A stretch of DNA of 36,714 nucleotides, taken from an uncultured archaeon. GTDB taxonomy: Archaea; Asgardarchaeota; Thorarchaeia; Thorarchaeales; Thorarchaeaceae. The first letter of the stretch is position 1. Every line of letters starts with the position of its first letter. The translations under genes were made by a program, and so were the position numbers. The stretch spans positions 1 through 36,714 of the forward strand of contig CAYWJO010000035.1 in the NCBI GenBank assembly GCA_964458565.1, read 5' to 3'. Shown piece after piece: positions 1 to 9,440 of the stretch. The notes below the pieces were generated by a model. It did not search any database. It saw nothing but the letters and a program-made list of their open reading frames with translations, and had not been told where the DNA came from.

Positions 1-583
1 TGATATCAGGGCCACCTGTATCGATAGTTGGAGGCAAATCCATCATCGTTGCACTAGCGATATTGACAATCGATGCAAATGTGAGTACCTCATTGAATGG
101 ACCATTGAAGTTTAGAATTCCCCCTTGCCAGGCTGAGAGAGGCGATTCCTCTTGGGTCATAATGAGAATAAAAGTGTCAAGATTAATTGATACATCGATA
201 GTATAATCATCTGGAGGGTTATCTCCGAAATATATCGCAAGAGAATCATCAGAAACAACGAACCATAGATACTCATCTTCATCCAAATCAATGAGAACAA
301 CAGCATCCCAGTCCTGAACCAGTTCGTGGACATCGGGACTATTGTCTGCGATATATTGCATCAAGGTTACGAACTTTGGCATGTCGTCCATAGTATAATT
401 ACTGCCTAGTAGTTTGTCTTTCAATTCGGACTTGATATCCTTGATGTAAGCAGGGGCATCGTCCAAGTTGAATGGCGCGCCTTCCTCCTGTGATGTAAAG
501 AGATTCATAACAAGAAAGATCGTGGGTATTGTTATCGCAAGAATAATACCGATGGTAACTGCGACTTTCACTCGTTTTCTCAT
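1..583 (-). CDS. Membrane-anchored protein with SCP2 (sterol carrier protein-2)-like domain; 3' end runs off the window
   Basis: Not in the ORF track (truncated). Manual translation from ATG at 583 gives MRKRVKVAVTIGIILAITIPTIFLVMNLF (basic N-terminus + TM), then LWFVVSDDSLAIYFGDNPPDDYTIDVSINLDTFILIMTQEESPLSAWQGGILNFNGPFNEVLTF, which matches the SCP2 pattern. Frame is open to position 1. Confidence 0.65.
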   Translation of the reverse strand, partial: MRKRVKVAVTIGIILAITIPTIFLVMNLFTSQEEGAPFNLDDAPAYIKDIKSELKDKLLGSNYTMDDMPKFVTLMQYIADNSPDVHELVQDWDAVVLIDLDEDEYLWFVVSDDSLAIYFGDNPPDDYTIDVSINLDTFILIMTQEESPLSAWQGGILNFNGPFNEVLTFASIVNIASATMMDLPPTIDTGGPDI

Positions 584-704
584 GGGTCCATCAGACTTTG
601 CAATGTATATGTAGTTTATGAATGTTTTAACTATGCCATTCTCATGTAGAGCGAGAGTTTATCACAAATCATAACCGATTGTTATAACACAGGATTGCTT
701 AGAT

Positions 705-1583
705 GTGTCTAGGATGAGATTTGAATATAAGAAGCTAGATCTCAATGTTTTGAAAGACTTGGAAAAGGGCTATGCTGAACTTCCAGACGGATTTGTTCAT
801 TTTGAATTCGCTGGGATGGGCGACGGACCTGTTGTTGTACTGATCCACGGACTCTCGGTTTCCTCCTTCATCTGGAATCACACCTACGAATATCTAAGAG
901 ATGAGGGTTATCGGGTATTGAGGTATGATCTATATGGAAGAGGTTATTCTCAGAGGCTGGAGAAGGAGTATCACAAGGAGGTTTTCCGCAATCAGTTATC
1001 TCAGTTGTTGGACTATTTGGAGCTCAGTTATGAACGGCTGATTCTCGTAGGCCAGTCCATGGGTGGCGTAGTAGCTGCGGATTATTGTCTAGAACATAGT
1101 TTCGAAGTGGAGAAATTGGTATTAATAGATACAGCAGGACTTCCAGAGAAGTCCAATCCCGTTCAAAAGATACTAAAAGTTCCATTTCTCGGAAAGCGAA
1201 TATTCAAGTCACTCGGAATGAAAATAATACTCGATAACGCAACAGCATCACTATATGACCACAAACGATTTCCAGAATATAAAGATCTCTTCCTAGAACA
1301 GGCTCAATATGAAGGATACTCTCATGCAATATTGTCTTCACTGGTCAATATGCCAATGCAGTCGATGGTACCTGATTTTGAGAGGCTTGCGGCATTACAA
1401 ATTCCCACCCTCATATTATGGGGAGAGAATGATCCAATAATTAATCCCTCCATTGGTCATATGTTGAAGGAAGTCATACCACATGCAGAATTTCATCTCA
1501 TCAAGGAATCAGGTCATCATCCGCACTATGAACAATCAAGCTTGGTGAATCCTATTCTTAGGTCTTTTTTGAATTCCAAATAG
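705..1583 (+). CDS. Alpha/beta fold hydrolase
   Basis: LIHG oxyanion motif, YDLYGRGYS, nucleophile elbow GQSMGG, WGEND acid, GHHPH histidine. Confidence 0.92.
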   Translation: MSRMRFEYKKLDLNVLKDLEKGYAELPDGFVHFEFAGMGDGPVVVLIHGLSVSSFIWNHTYEYLRDEGYRVLRYDLYGRGYSQRLEKEYHKEVFRNQLSQLLDYLELSYERLILVGQSMGGVVAADYCLEHSFEVEKLVLIDTAGLPEKSNPVQKILKVPFLGKRIFKSLGMKIILDNATASLYDHKRFPEYKDLFLEQAQYEGYSHAILSSLVNMPMQSMVPDFERLAALQIPTLILWGENDPIINPSIGHMLKEVIPHAEFHLIKESGHHPHYEQSSLVNPILRSFLNSK

Positions 1584-1600
1584 AACTGTGTCCAGCTATT

Positions 1601-2734
1601 CTATAATTCGTATCCAAATTTGGATGCAGTATCTTGTGTAATTCGAATAATAGCATCCTGCTCCTCTTCTGAGTATTTTGTCCTATAATAAGATGGAGCA
1701 CGCAATGTTTGCACATAGTGGGCTTTGATACTCCTGAATTTATCAGGATCTAGACCCAGGTGAGATACAATCTCATCGATTTGCTCAGATGGAGATTTGC
1801 ATAGGTCTTCATATCTGACAACTAGAGCTGCCTTTGCAATTCTTGGGTTTTTCTCTAGGTGTTCATGCATAAGAGAGTAAATCGCAGCCCAATAGACTGC
1901 CCATCCTTGAGCATATGTTTCACTGCTCTCCCAGAGCTCCCGTATCTTGAGGACCACATCATTGTCTGCAGGATTTATACAGACACGACCTGTCCCAAAT
2001 TCACGATGACCGATTACTTTAGTCCAGTCTAGTAACCGGGGATCATTGCCCTCTAATTCCGCGAACAGCTTGTCCTGTTTCGAGAGAGAAGCAATGTGAT
2101 TGAAGGGGTTTCTTATCATGAGTATGAATCGAGCATCTGGAAACATCTTCAGAATATATGCCATCCTTGTGACGTTGTAATTATTTTTAGCAACATACCT
2201 AGTTGCGTGTTGATATGCAATCAATTTCTTGAGGTGTTCCCTATAGAATAGTTCGAATTTCTGATTCGAAATGGATTCATCAAGCACATTTGAAAGTGAT
2301 TCATCCATTGCATTATTGAAATATTTCTGCCAGAAGATTTCTTCAACTGCCTCAGGACTGTCCCTAGTAACAACGAGACCATCCTTATGCATTCGCTCTG
2401 TAGGTTTTGTCATTATGGGGAGATAGTCTGCTATCTTTGCCACTATTCGAGGAGTATATGGAAGAACCATGTGCATATATTGATGGGTAGCAACATCTGG
2501 ATGTTGGCTCAACATTTCTAACATTACAGTAGTTCCAGCGCGAGCCATTCCTGTGATATACGTGGGTCGATCTATAGTAGTTCGCTCAATCCTCTTCTTC
2601 ATTACGGTGGATTCAAGTCTATTGAGTGCGTTCCCAAGAAAGGGATACGAAGACACTAGTTTTGCTATGAAGTACATGGGAGTCGGAAATTCAAATTGAG
2701 CGTGCTCGCTCTTGGTGGTTCTTTTGATTTTCAT
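1601..2734 (-). CDS. PAPS-dependent sulfotransferase family protein
   Basis: 5'-PSB loop YITGMARAGTT, 3'-PB motif MIRNPFNHIAS, VRYEDL; last gene of the sat/cysC cluster. Confidence 0.9.
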   Translation of the reverse strand: MKIKRTTKSEHAQFEFPTPMYFIAKLVSSYPFLGNALNRLESTVMKKRIERTTIDRPTYITGMARAGTTVMLEMLSQHPDVATHQYMHMVLPYTPRIVAKIADYLPIMTKPTERMHKDGLVVTRDSPEAVEEIFWQKYFNNAMDESLSNVLDESISNQKFELFYREHLKKLIAYQHATRYVAKNNYNVTRMAYILKMFPDARFILMIRNPFNHIASLSKQDKLFAELEGNDPRLLDWTKVIGHREFGTGRVCINPADNDVVLKIRELWESSETYAQGWAVYWAAIYSLMHEHLEKNPRIAKAALVVRYEDLCKSPSEQIDEIVSHLGLDPDKFRSIKAHYVQTLRAPSYYRTKYSEEEQDAIIRITQDTASKFGYEL

Positions 2735-2760
2735 GTCAAATCTACATCCTCTGAGCTACA

Positions 2761-3582
2761 TCATAATGTCGCGGACATTTTCTCGAAGAATTCATCCTTT
2801 GCATTCGAGTCAAAGAAAGCAAGGAACCAAGGAAGTCTACCAAAGTCTTTGTTATAGGTAACAGGATTTCCTTCTAGATCGGTGCATATCCCCCCAGACT
2901 CCTCAACAATGACTTGGGGAATACCAAAGTCATGTGGACTTGCCATGCGATACAGGAGGACCTTGGCACGACCTTCTGCAATGGCAATCATGCCATGATG
3001 TGCTCCCATGGTATTGAATGGTTCGAGACTCATTTTGGTTACTATCCCCACGAGATTTTCCGCTCTCTTTTGAATGTACGCCTTTGTGGGAGGTTCATTC
3101 CTTGTAAAAGAGAGAGATTGCCCCAGAGCAGTTCTCATAGATATACCCGACCCTCGTGCTGCCATATAGATATGGTCCAGTGCTGGAAAATAGATCACGC
3201 TTGCAATGAACTCTTCATTCCTTGAGAATGCGGCTCCAATTGAGAACCCATCGTTTCCACGTATATAGGAAAGAGTACCATCAAGGGGATCCAGGTGATA
3301 ACAGAGAGAATTCTGATTCTGTTCGAACACCTTGACTCGTGGAGTGTTCTCTTCGGCGTTGACACAGGTATCTGGAAATTGGTCAAGGAGAATTGCAAGA
3401 GCGACTTCCTGCACCAAATCATCTGCCGATGTATGTGCCGTTGATGTTTCATCAGCGGTTCCCTCTGGGAGGTCTGATTTCTTTGGCTGATTACTTATAC
3501 TACCACGTAGAGAATTAAGAATGATACCCCCTGGTATCACTGTACGTAACAAAATTTCAAGCAATTCATCCTGTGAAACCAT
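2761..3582 (-). CDS. Inositol monophosphatase family / CysQ-like PAP 3'-phosphatase
   Basis: AEE, LDPLDGTLSY and HD..PQVIVEESGG motifs of the FIG superfamily. PAP-phosphatase role is inferred from context. Confidence 0.8.
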   Translation of the reverse strand: MVSQDELLEILLRTVIPGGIILNSLRGSISNQPKKSDLPEGTADETSTAHTSADDLVQEVALAILLDQFPDTCVNAEENTPRVKVFEQNQNSLCYHLDPLDGTLSYIRGNDGFSIGAAFSRNEEFIASVIYFPALDHIYMAARGSGISMRTALGQSLSFTRNEPPTKAYIQKRAENLVGIVTKMSLEPFNTMGAHHGMIAIAEGRAKVLLYRMASPHDFGIPQVIVEESGGICTDLEGNPVTYNKDFGRLPWFLAFFDSNAKDEFFEKMSATL

Positions 3583-3610
3583 TGAATATCCCCCATGGTA
3601 TTTTATGTTG

Positions 3611-4138
3611 CTAACTGCTCAGATAACCCAATTCTCTAGCTTTACTCAGTATTTTCTCAAATGATTCATCTTCAGATTCCTTGTCTGTTTCAACGATCAA
3701 GTCTGGAGTTAGAGGTTCCTCGTAAGGATCATCAATTCCAGTGAATTGCTTAATTTCTCCAGCAAGCGCTTTTTTGTATAGACCCTTGGGATCACGTTCG
3801 ATACAAACATCTAATGGAGCACTGACAAAGACTTCCATCATATTCTGAATCTCGCCTTTTGCATAAGCTCTAGTTTCTCTATAGGGGGAGATTAGGGCAA
3901 CGATTACTATAACACCATTTCTAGCTAATAGTTTCGTACAAAAAATGACACGTCTATTGTGTTCATTTCGATCCTCCTTTGAGAATCCGAGGTCTCTACT
4001 CAGACCCTTTCTAATCGCATCCCCATCCATCGATTCGATGTATCGTTTATCTTTGAAGTATTCCTTTAGTTTCTCTGCTATTGTTGTTTTGCCAGAACCC
4101 GAGAGTCCTGTCAGCCAAATACAAAATCCCTTTTCCAA
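3611..4138 (-). CDS. cysC: Adenylyl-sulfate (APS) kinase
   Basis: WLTGLSGSGKTT, DGD.IR, LGFSKEDR, ISPY, RDPKGLYKKA, FTGIDDPYEEP; TTG start. Confidence 0.97.
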   Translation of the reverse strand: MEKGFCIWLTGLSGSGKTTIAEKLKEYFKDKRYIESMDGDAIRKGLSRDLGFSKEDRNEHNRRVIFCTKLLARNGVIVIVALISPYRETRAYAKGEIQNMMEVFVSAPLDVCIERDPKGLYKKALAGEIKQFTGIDDPYEEPLTPDLIVETDKESEDESFEKILSKARELGYLSS

Positions 4139-4141
4139 ATT

Positions 4142-5521
4142 TTATTCACTCCGTATTGCTTTTCCTTTCATGCGTTTTGGTATTTCTGCACCAATAAACT
4201 CCAATACAGTTGGTGCGATGTCTAGGATGTTCCTAGCTTTCTCTTTGCCCCCAATCCTATCAGGAAATCTGATTACATAGATACCATCCCAGTCATGAAT
4301 GGCGTCATCAGGACCGGTATCATTTTCTGACAGATACATGGATGAGTGGCCCATGCTACCTGCAGCCCTCCAATATAGATCATCGAAGTATACAAGCAAG
4401 TCAGGATAGTAACCATTACACTCACTGTATGCTTCTTCGGGTTTTTCAATACGAGTCGCCCATACTTCACCGTTTGGTCCTCGTATTGTATTCAATTCAT
4501 CAATCAGTTCATTTCTGAAACTCTCATATTCTAAGGCGTTGATTGTACCACTTTTTTCATAACCTTCCACATTGATGAAGATTGTAGCGCAATATCCACC
4601 CCATGCCCAGGCCTTAGTATTAGCCCAATCGACATCAATTTCCGTCAGTGGGACAGGTTTTGATGGAAATTCACGCACCTTCAAAAGACCCTTCTCATAC
4701 AACCATTGATTGATACAAAAGGCACCTTTCATTCCCTTAGCACCGTGATCAGAAGCAAGTACGAATATCGCATCATCTGGTACTAATCGAAGAATCTCTC
4801 CTAATTGTTTGTCTAGCAATCTATAATAATCAATGAAAGCAGGGCTAAGCTCATCATCGTATGTATACAGATGGTGAGATGTATCATAATATCTCCAAAA
4901 GGCATGATGCAATCGATCTGAGCCAATCTCCACCATCGCGAAGAAGTCCCATGGCTCCTTTTCAAGGATGTGTAAAATGGCTAGATGACGCATCTCGGTC
5001 ATCTTAACCAGATTATCCAAAGCTGTTTTCTTGTCCTCTGTACGAAACATGATATCAACAGTGTAGTCTGTAATCTGTTTGATAGTTTCAGCAAATCCCT
5101 TCGGATGTGTTTGAACATCATCAATATCAGGAGTCAATATTCCAGAAACACTGATTCCATTCACCTTCGGGGGAGGATAGGAAGGTGGGATTCCAACGAT
5201 TGCCACCTTGCCACCCATGCTCCCAACTATATCCCATAGTTTTGGAGTCGTGATAGATTGTGAACTAGGAATCCATACTCCTGTGTAATTTCCAGGAATT
5301 CTATGTCTAAATCCATAGAGACCAAGTTGACCTGGATCTTGTCCTGTCATCATACACATCCAGGCTGGAATCGTTACAGGAGGTCGGCAACTTCGGAGAG
5401 GTCCATGATAGCTCTCCTTTATCAGCTTCTGTAAGTTTGGCATATGCGGCAATAGATCATTGAATGCGAGCTTTGGAGGTACGCCATCCCATCCAATGAT
5501 GATGACTTTTTTCATCACCAT
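4142..5521 (-). CDS. Alkaline phosphatase superfamily (type I phosphodiesterase/NPP-like) protein
   Basis: IIGWDG, PPVTIPAW..MMTG..PG.LG, DRLHH, SDHG, C-terminal H..DG and ILDIAPT motifs. Confidence 0.88.
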   Translation of the reverse strand: MVMKKVIIIGWDGVPPKLAFNDLLPHMPNLQKLIKESYHGPLRSCRPPVTIPAWMCMMTGQDPGQLGLYGFRHRIPGNYTGVWIPSSQSITTPKLWDIVGSMGGKVAIVGIPPSYPPPKVNGISVSGILTPDIDDVQTHPKGFAETIKQITDYTVDIMFRTEDKKTALDNLVKMTEMRHLAILHILEKEPWDFFAMVEIGSDRLHHAFWRYYDTSHHLYTYDDELSPAFIDYYRLLDKQLGEILRLVPDDAIFVLASDHGAKGMKGAFCINQWLYEKGLLKVREFPSKPVPLTEIDVDWANTKAWAWGGYCATIFINVEGYEKSGTINALEYESFRNELIDELNTIRGPNGEVWATRIEKPEEAYSECNGYYPDLLVYFDDLYWRAAGSMGHSSMYLSENDTGPDDAIHDWDGIYVIRFPDRIGGKEKARNILDIAPTVLEFIGAEIPKRMKGKAIRSE

Positions 5522-5527
5522 GCAACC

Positions 5528-6673
5528 TCAAGTTACAAAGGGATTACCAAATTTGAGGATCGTCTTTGAGACCTCTTCACGCATCATGTCAACAGGTGGT
5601 ACTTCCCCATTCGCCAACATCTCTCGTATCTTTTTACCTGCAAAGTTCACATGATCCTCCCCACCGTGAGGACAGATCTTATCGTTTGCAATACTATTGC
5701 ATTTCTTGCAGAAGAAGAAAGAACGGAAGAAAACAGGCGTAATCCCCATATCAGGATAATTATCGAAGATGAATTGAGCATCAAATGGTCCGTAGAAGTC
5801 TCCAACGCCAGCATGGTCGCGTCCAACAATGAAATGAGTACATCCAAAGTTCTTACGCATGATTGCATGGTGAATTGCTTCTCTAGGTCCACCATACCGC
5901 ATTTCGGTGTGAAGTACAGCCATTGTTGAGTGTTTACTCAGGTAGTAGTTTTGCATCAATACTTTGTATGATTCGAGAATTACTTCATCAGTGAAGTCTC
6001 CAACCTTTTTCTTGCCAATCAATGGATTGATGAAGATTCCATCAACTATAGACAGTGCGGTCTTCTGAACATATTCATGACCAAGATGGGGAGGATTCCT
6101 TGTCTGGAATGCAACAACAGTTCTCCAACCCTTTTCCTTGAATAGAATCCGAGTTTCTTTTGGATATAGTGTATAGTCAGGGTATGGATTACCCATGTCA
6201 GCAATCATCCGGACTCGGCCACCAAGTAGTTTCTTTTCCATATTATTGATTTTTTCAACACCTGGATGACTTGAGTCATTTGTGAGAAATACAGACTCAA
6301 CGAACTGTTGAGGATTGTATTCATAGATGTCTTCAAGCTCAAGCACAGCAAGAGGCTTACCGTTGTAAGACAACCCAATCATGTCACCATCTGTAATCCC
6401 AGTCAGTTTCGCTGGATTGACATCAAAGACTATTGGGATTGTCCAAGGAGTATCATCAGGAAGTCTTCCGTGTTCCAGAACAGCTTCAAACTCTTCACGG
6501 GTCAAAAAGCCTTCGAGTGGGCTGAAGATACCATGTGCTATGTTATTGATCTCCTGAGCTATTTCTTGACTTATATCAAGAGTAACATAATCTTGAAAGC
6601 TGTCTGTAATTCTTTGGCTTTCCTTTTCGCTGACGAATCTGTCAACTAGTTTTCCACCATGTGGTTGTATCAT
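5528..6673 (-). CDS. sat: Sulfate adenylyltransferase (ATP sulfurylase)
   Basis: PHGGKLV, AFQTRNPPHLGHEY, YGGPREA.HHA..RKNFGCTHFIVGRDHAGVG, CxxC...CPH zinc site. Confidence 0.98.
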   Translation of the reverse strand: MIQPHGGKLVDRFVSEKESQRITDSFQDYVTLDISQEIAQEINNIAHGIFSPLEGFLTREEFEAVLEHGRLPDDTPWTIPIVFDVNPAKLTGITDGDMIGLSYNGKPLAVLELEDIYEYNPQQFVESVFLTNDSSHPGVEKINNMEKKLLGGRVRMIADMGNPYPDYTLYPKETRILFKEKGWRTVVAFQTRNPPHLGHEYVQKTALSIVDGIFINPLIGKKKVGDFTDEVILESYKVLMQNYYLSKHSTMAVLHTEMRYGGPREAIHHAIMRKNFGCTHFIVGRDHAGVGDFYGPFDAQFIFDNYPDMGITPVFFRSFFFCKKCNSIANDKICPHGGEDHVNFAGKKIREMLANGEVPPVDMMREEVSKTILKFGNPFVT

Positions 6674-6685
6674 ATTATATTCCTC

Positions 6686-6922
6686 CTACTCCAAATATCC
6701 CAAAGACCTTAACCGAGCTTTAACTTTTTCCTCGTCCTTCTTTGAGAATGGGTCTTCAGTTTGATTCCCATCCTCGTTTGCAATTAGCTCTCTTAGAATA
6801 TAAGCGACATAGCTAGACACTGAAGTAAAACCAGTTCCTTCAATGCGCTTCTGAACTTTATTGAACAACGGAATAGGAATTGATACCGTTGTGAACTTAC
6901 CCTTTGTTTTCTCGTCTGGCAA
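6686..6922 (-). CDS. Ribbon-helix-helix (CopG-like) transcriptional regulator, ~78 aa
   Basis: TTVSIP..L..KVQKRIEGTGFTSVSSYV.YILRE and C-terminal EEKVKARLRSLGYL. Start reassigned to TTG at 6922, which has a GGAG SD upstream and avoids the overlap with the next gene. Confidence 0.85.
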   Translation of the reverse strand: MPDEKTKGKFTTVSIPIPLFNKVQKRIEGTGFTSVSSYVAYILRELIANEDGNQTEDPFSKKDEEKVKARLRSLGYLE

Positions 6923-6941
6923 TTCTGTTGACTCCTTATAA

Positions 6942-7706
6942 TCACACCATAAATACAACCCAGAGGAGCGTAAATATACCAATGGCAAATGTGGAAAATG
7001 CAACAATTCTCTTGATCAACGGTTGATCAAGCTTGGCTGTTGTCAGTGCAGATAATGGAGCAGCAATCAAAGCACCAATAGTTATTGCAACTGTTTCTAG
7101 AAATAGAGTGGGACCAAGTAATAGAAAATAGATTGCGATACCAAAAGCACAGATAACTGCTTCAACCAGTGCAGTAATTGCCAGAGCAGCTCGTGGTGGA
7201 ATACCACTCAAAATCTGGCCTGAATTTGTGACTGGCCCATATCCTCCACCAGATATGCCCTTGTTGAATGCTGCAACCACTCCGATCAGTCCCAAACGCG
7301 TCCTAGAATATTGGATTTCGCGATTACCGTTAAGGATCATAATCAATCCCATGAGCATTACTACAATTGCGATATAGGACTTTACAATTATCTCTGGTAG
7401 ATTGATATTAGCAAAAGTCGCTACAATAACTCCGAAGATTCCCGTAATCACGAAAATTACGAATGCGGTTTTTTCCTTTTCCTGATTCATAATGTCCATG
7501 TTTTGGAATCGATGATGAAATGCAGCTGCAACTGACGCAGATATGAACTGACTAAACAAAATTACTGGAACCAATATTATTGGACTATACCCAAGAACTA
7601 TCAATACTGGAGATAATGTTGTACCATATCCCATTCCTAGTGCTGCCGCAGCGTATTCTGCGAGAAATGCAATAACTAGGAGCAGTACAAGCAGTTCTGT
7701 CGTCAC
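6942..7706 (-). CDS. TauE/SafE (TSUP) family sulfur-compound transporter
   Basis: LGMGYGTTLSPVL, FNKGISGGGYGP, ~8 TM segments; probable GTG start at 7706. Confidence 0.88.
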   Translation of the reverse strand: MTTELLVLLLVIAFLAEYAAAALGMGYGTTLSPVLIVLGYSPIILVPVILFSQFISASVAAAFHHRFQNMDIMNQEKEKTAFVIFVITGIFGVIVATFANINLPEIIVKSYIAIVVMLMGLIMILNGNREIQYSRTRLGLIGVVAAFNKGISGGGYGPVTNSGQILSGIPPRAALAITALVEAVICAFGIAIYFLLLGPTLFLETVAITIGALIAAPLSALTTAKLDQPLIKRIVAFSTFAIGIFTLLWVVFMV

Positions 7707-7769
7707 TCGAATTCTACACATCCTCTTAATCAAATATGGTATGGTATGATTCGTTATCTCGCTGACGTC

Positions 7770-7784
7770 AATTATATATAATTA
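7770..7784. promoter_or_regulatory. Palindromic box AATTATATATAATT upstream of the TSUP-RHH-sat operon
   Basis: 14-bp perfect palindrome; member of the TAATTA-N4-TAATTA family also at 8152, 8180, 9307 and 9339. Confidence 0.55.
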
Positions 7785-7970
7785 AAGGTTACTAATTGGA
7801 AAATAAAGCATTCATCTGGAATAAAGTGGGTATATTTGTGTGCCAAAATATAGACCATATTAAATCTATTCATTTTGTCTGATAGTTTCAACATGTTACA
7901 CATGATGAATATCAAGGGATATGCAGCCAATCCCAAGCGATATGTGGTTTTATACAAACTAGCATGGATA

Positions 7971-8102
7971 CTATGTTATAGAGATGCTGATTACCCTAAT
8001 TGACATCATTATCAAATCTGTCGATAAGCTAGCTATTAGTATGAAAATCATGATCAACATCAACAAGAAGTTTATTCCAAGCAATATATCAAATCGATTC
8101 AA
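7971..8102 (-). CDS. Possible small hydrophobic protein (43 aa) or gene remnant
   Basis: Manual translation from TTG at 8102: MNRFDILLGINFLLMLIMIFILIASLSTDLIMMSIRVISISIT. It lies just downstream of the 8152-8195 double box. AT-rich DNA can give such ORFs by chance. Confidence 0.3.
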   Translation of the reverse strand: MNRFDILLGINFLLMLIMIFILIASLSTDLIMMSIRVISISIT

Positions 8103-8150
8103 TTATTTCACATCCTGCTAGATGAAATCGCGTTTTCCCAAGACCTGATT

Positions 8151-8195
8151 TTAATTATATATAATTAATACATAAGTACTAATTAAATATAATTA
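8151..8195. promoter_or_regulatory. Pair of TAATTA-N4-TAATTA boxes
   Basis: TTAATTATATATAATTAA (8151-8168, perfect palindrome) and TAATTAAATATAATTA (8180-8195). Confidence 0.6.
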
Positions 8196-8396
8196 TATGA
8201 GTTTCCTTCAGCTGTCGAATCGTTTCAGGCTCAATTGAGTATATCGGATATTCCAGATTCTTCTAAGTCACGTTTCAAATAGAGAATTCAGCATAGAATT
8301 AGCACATTCAATATGATAAAGATAGAAGTAATGAAATTACAATTTCAATATAATAACAAATACTCCTATCTTTCATGCACCTATTAACACCTCTAA

Positions 8397-9155
8397 TTAA
8401 CCTATAATCAATCTGATTATTGTATACAAACCAATCATCAGAGTCCCAATTCCGACTAGGTGTCGGAGTTTCTTGTGTTTTACCTTACTGACTCCTAGCG
8501 CAGAAAGGGGTGTAGCTAATATCGCACCTAAACATATAGACACAGTGACAGATACGATTACGAAATTCCCCGATATGGCATATGTGATTAGACCAAAGAC
8601 ACAGGTTGCTGCTTCTGCTATACTTGTAACTGCTACTGAAGCTTTACTATCTAATCCACTAAGAAGCTGACCAGATACAACAATTGGACCATATCCACCT
8701 CCAGAAATCCCTTTGTTAAATGCGGATAGAAGACCTAAACCCCACAAACGATCTTTTCTAAAAGAAGTTTCTCCATTTCGCGTTAGGATAACCAGAAAAG
8801 CCATGGCGATGACTAACACTGCTATGTATGTCTTGACTATAATGGATGGTAAAGAGACGCTTAATAATACTGCAAACACGGATCCAAAAAGCCCTGTGAT
8901 AATCAGAATCTTAAGTGAAATCCTTGGTTTTTCGTCATTCCTTATGTCGACATTCTTGAATGTCTGATGGAAAAAGCCACCAGTAAATCCTGTGAAGATT
9001 TCACTTAGTAGAATCGCGGGAACTACTAACAAGGGTTCAAATCCGGATAATATTAACAAAGGAGAAAGGACAGTTCCAAAGCCGCCTCCTATTGTCGAAT
9101 CAACAAACTCCATTATGAAAGCTGCTACAATAACCCAAACGATTAGTTCAATCAT
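8397..9155 (-). CDS. TauE/SafE (TSUP) family transporter (paralog of 6942..7706)
   Basis: EFVDSTIGGGFGTVLSPLL, FNKGISGGGYGP; probable start at ATG 9155 (MIELIV). Confidence 0.88.
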   Translation of the reverse strand: MIELIVWVIVAAFIMEFVDSTIGGGFGTVLSPLLILSGFEPLLVVPAILLSEIFTGFTGGFFHQTFKNVDIRNDEKPRISLKILIITGLFGSVFAVLLSVSLPSIIVKTYIAVLVIAMAFLVILTRNGETSFRKDRLWGLGLLSAFNKGISGGGYGPIVVSGQLLSGLDSKASVAVTSIAEAATCVFGLITYAISGNFVIVSVTVSICLGAILATPLSALGVSKVKHKKLRHLVGIGTLMIGLYTIIRLIIG

Positions 9156-9302
9156 ATCACGTCCCCTCATATACGGTCAAATGCTTCAACGACAGGTTTT
9201 TGCATATCAGGAATATGTGACGAGTTTTCCGTATTCGTAGCTAAACAAAAATTGACTTGCATCATGTTTTGATTCACCAGGTGTAATATCATAGAACCGA
9301 GT

Positions 9303-9358
9303 CGTGTAATTATATTTAATTATAAAATCACAAAGGTCTAATTAAATGTAATTACACG
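9303..9358. promoter_or_regulatory. 20-bp inverted repeat built from two TAATTA-N4-TAATTA boxes
   Basis: CGTGTAATTATATTTAATTA (9303-9322) versus the reverse complement of TAATTAAATGTAATTACACG (9339-9358): 19/20 match, 16-bp spacer. Confidence 0.65.
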
Positions 9359-9440
9359 GTCATCACTTTATTCGTGATATATTGGTGAATAGCCCTTCCA
9401 ATAACATGAAGTCAATAAGCAGATAGATAGCAATAACAGA

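Noticed and set aside
7772-7957. 61-aa track ORF in the AT-rich gap
   Set aside because: No SD or recognisable motif, and it overlaps the palindromic box; at most a fragment of a decayed gene.
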